From Pristiophorus japonicus (lineage: Eukaryota), in NCBI RefSeq assembly GCF_044704955.1, contig NC_091987.1, forward strand, positions 26,412,001 to 26,476,000: 64,000 bases of DNA. The letters are read 5' to 3'. Shown piece after piece: positions 62,001 to 64,000 of the stretch. The notes below the pieces were generated by a model that did no database searches, was not told the DNA's origin, and was given only the letters and a program-made list of their open reading frames with translations. Numbering within the stretch: position 1 is the stretch's first letter; each line of letters begins with the position of its first letter. The position numbers and the translations under genes were made by a program.

Positions 62001-63888
62001 CTCATCATGTACGGTACTGCTCTCGCCTTGTGATGGATGGGTCGCGCCCCCGGAATTAGTTGGATCTGCACTTTTGCTCCTTGGAACTTCCCGATGCCTG
62101 GTTCGAGCAGCGAGGGGAACTTGGTTGGACCTGGTCACACAAAGTGTTGTCGACGGGTGAGAGTGCTCGGACATCATCCAATTCCAGAGTATCTTCCCCA
62201 GCCAACTCCTACCGAGCAGTGTGAGGCCATCACCTGCTACCACCCAGAGTGATAATTTGTGCACCGCTCCATCATAGGAGACCTTTACAGTAGCACTGCC
62301 GATTACGGAAATCAGTTCCTTTGTCTAAGTTCTCAGTTTAGTGCGGATGGAATCAGAACTGGCCTTGAGGCCTTGCTGCACCACAATTTATCGAAAGTCT
62401 TTTTGCTCATAATGGACTGACTCGTGCCTGTGTCCAGCTCTATTGACATCAGGAGTCCATTTAATTCAACCTTCAGCATTATCGGGGGACACAGTGTGGT
62501 AAATGTGTGCACCCCATATACCTCTGCCTTCTATATCTGAGGCTCTGGTTCATCGTGATCCACCGTGGATATGTGCTCCTCTGCAAAATGGTGGTTTGCA
62601 GGATTAGCTTGCCTGCACATACATTGGAGATGTCCCATTGTTCCACAGCCTTTGCAAACGTACTCTTTGAAGTGGCATGAATGGAAATGATGATCACCCC
62701 CGCAGCACCAACAAGGTGTTAGTGGCCTAGCATTCATCACTCTTGATGGTGGACTCTGAAACATTTGCGGATGTGTAGCTGCAGATATGTGTGACCTGCC
62801 CTGTATGTTAAGATTCGAAAACAACATCACTTTGTTCACAGTACTTGTAGTAGCACTTGTGTGCTGAGAGATTTGCTTAGTGTTGTCACTGGTGGCAATG
62901 AACGCCTGGGCTATCAATATAGCTTTACTCAAGGTTAGGGTCTCTACAGTCAAAAGTTTGCAAAGTATTACTTCATGGCCAATGCCAAGTAAAAAGAAGT
63001 CCCTGAGCATGTGCTCCAAATATCCTTCAAATTCGCAATGTTCTGCAAGGCATCTTAGCCCGGCGACATAGCTCGCCACTTCCTGGCCTTCAGACCTCTT
63101 GCACGTGTAGTACCGGTACCTCTCCATCAGAACACTTTCCTTCAGGTTAAGATGCTCTCAGACCAGTGTGCACAAATCATCATCTATGTAAAGTCCTTAC
63201 TCTACAGTATGAAATCACACGAGACACATTGTGGGGACAAGGTCACTCTGTGACCTTAACTCTTTATTCACAGGACTCCAAAGATGATGACCCTGCATGG
63301 GACCTCCCTTTTTATACCTGTGTGATCAGGTAAGGAGTGTCTCCCACAAGTTCACCCCTTGTGGTCAAGGTGTGCATCTAGGTTGAGTGTATACAGTAAT
63401 ACAGTGGTGTTACATTGTGGTTACATACATGACAACATGATTTCTCTGTGGTTTCGCTGGAGCAAGCAGATTTTTCATGAGGTGCCCCGCAAATAGTTAG
63501 GAGAATCGCCCTTCATTTGGCAGCGTTCGCTTCTCCTTCCAGCTCATTGGCCATGAAGTATTGGTCGAATTGCTCCACGAAGGTTTCCCAATCATCTCCC
63601 TCCGAAAATTTCTCCAGGATGCCCACTGTTCTCTGCATCATTGCAGTGGGGTTTGTCATCTGTATCTCGTCACCAGTTATAGTGTATGAATAAAGAGTCT
63701 GACCAGATACTGTGAGCTTAAAGTAAAGTGTGACCTTAGACTTTGATTGTAGGTCTCCAGAGTGCCTCTCCAACCTGTGAGGCCTCCTTAAGTACCTGTG
63801 CTCCCAAGGGATTGTGTGGTCCCTTGGGACTCCAGGGGATGAGCCTTCTGATTGTTAAAACAGGTATTACAAGTTTACATATATAACA
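59085..63888 (-). mobile_element. Degenerate full-length Gypsy LTR retrotransposon (gag, protease, RT, RNase H, integrase) with a nested solo LTR at about 63185-63437
   Basis: LTRs at about 59085-59278 and 63678-63888; TGGTGACGAG PBS; FQDD RT, CDAS and ADALSR RNase H, H-H-C-C integrase motifs. Confidence 0.9.
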
Positions 63889-64000
63889 AGGGGGTAGAGT
63901 GAGGGGGGAGAGTGAGGGTGGGTAGAGTGAGAAGGGAGAAAGTGCGGAGGGAGAGTGATGGGAGAAAGTGAGGGGGAGAGTGGGGTGGGGTTGAGTGAGG

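Noticed and set aside
1-64000. D, J or C segments, or germline-joined V(D)J
   Set aside because: No 12-RSS, FGXG J motif or C1 domain was recognised by eye; a formal RSS scan was not run

Overview
Eukaryotic genomic DNA, almost certainly a cartilaginous fish (shark-type CR1/HER1 LINEs, Gypsy LTR elements, five N-gaps). The window is part of a T-cell receptor V-gene array, most likely TCR-beta. All V segments lie on the minus strand, with split leader exons and 23-bp-spacer RSSs. There are seven TRBV30-like V exons ending in YYCAWS or a variant. Three look intact (4230-4833, 19528-20097, 39556-40035) and four are pseudogenes. The window also holds two decayed 'CASS'-type V pseudogenes, one divergent V split by a LINE (50447-51459), three orphan leader exons, and one RSS remnant whose V gene was deleted. 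No D, J or C segments were seen. The array was built by tandem duplication of a cassette: minisatellite, CTCF-like motif, TC tract, old LINE, RSS-V-leader, CCAAT promoter. The main second-look items are (1) a uniformly oriented CTCF-like motif downstream of every TRBV30-like V, (2) insertions at the same nucleotide of two CR1 copies, all ending in CTAAAAGAGT, one carrying an intron-containing tRNA-Pro(TGG), (3) the reconstructable Ig-like divergent V, and (4) a recurrent CGCAGTG heptamer in the pseudogenes. Family assignments come from recalled motifs, not database searches, and repeat boundaries are approximate.
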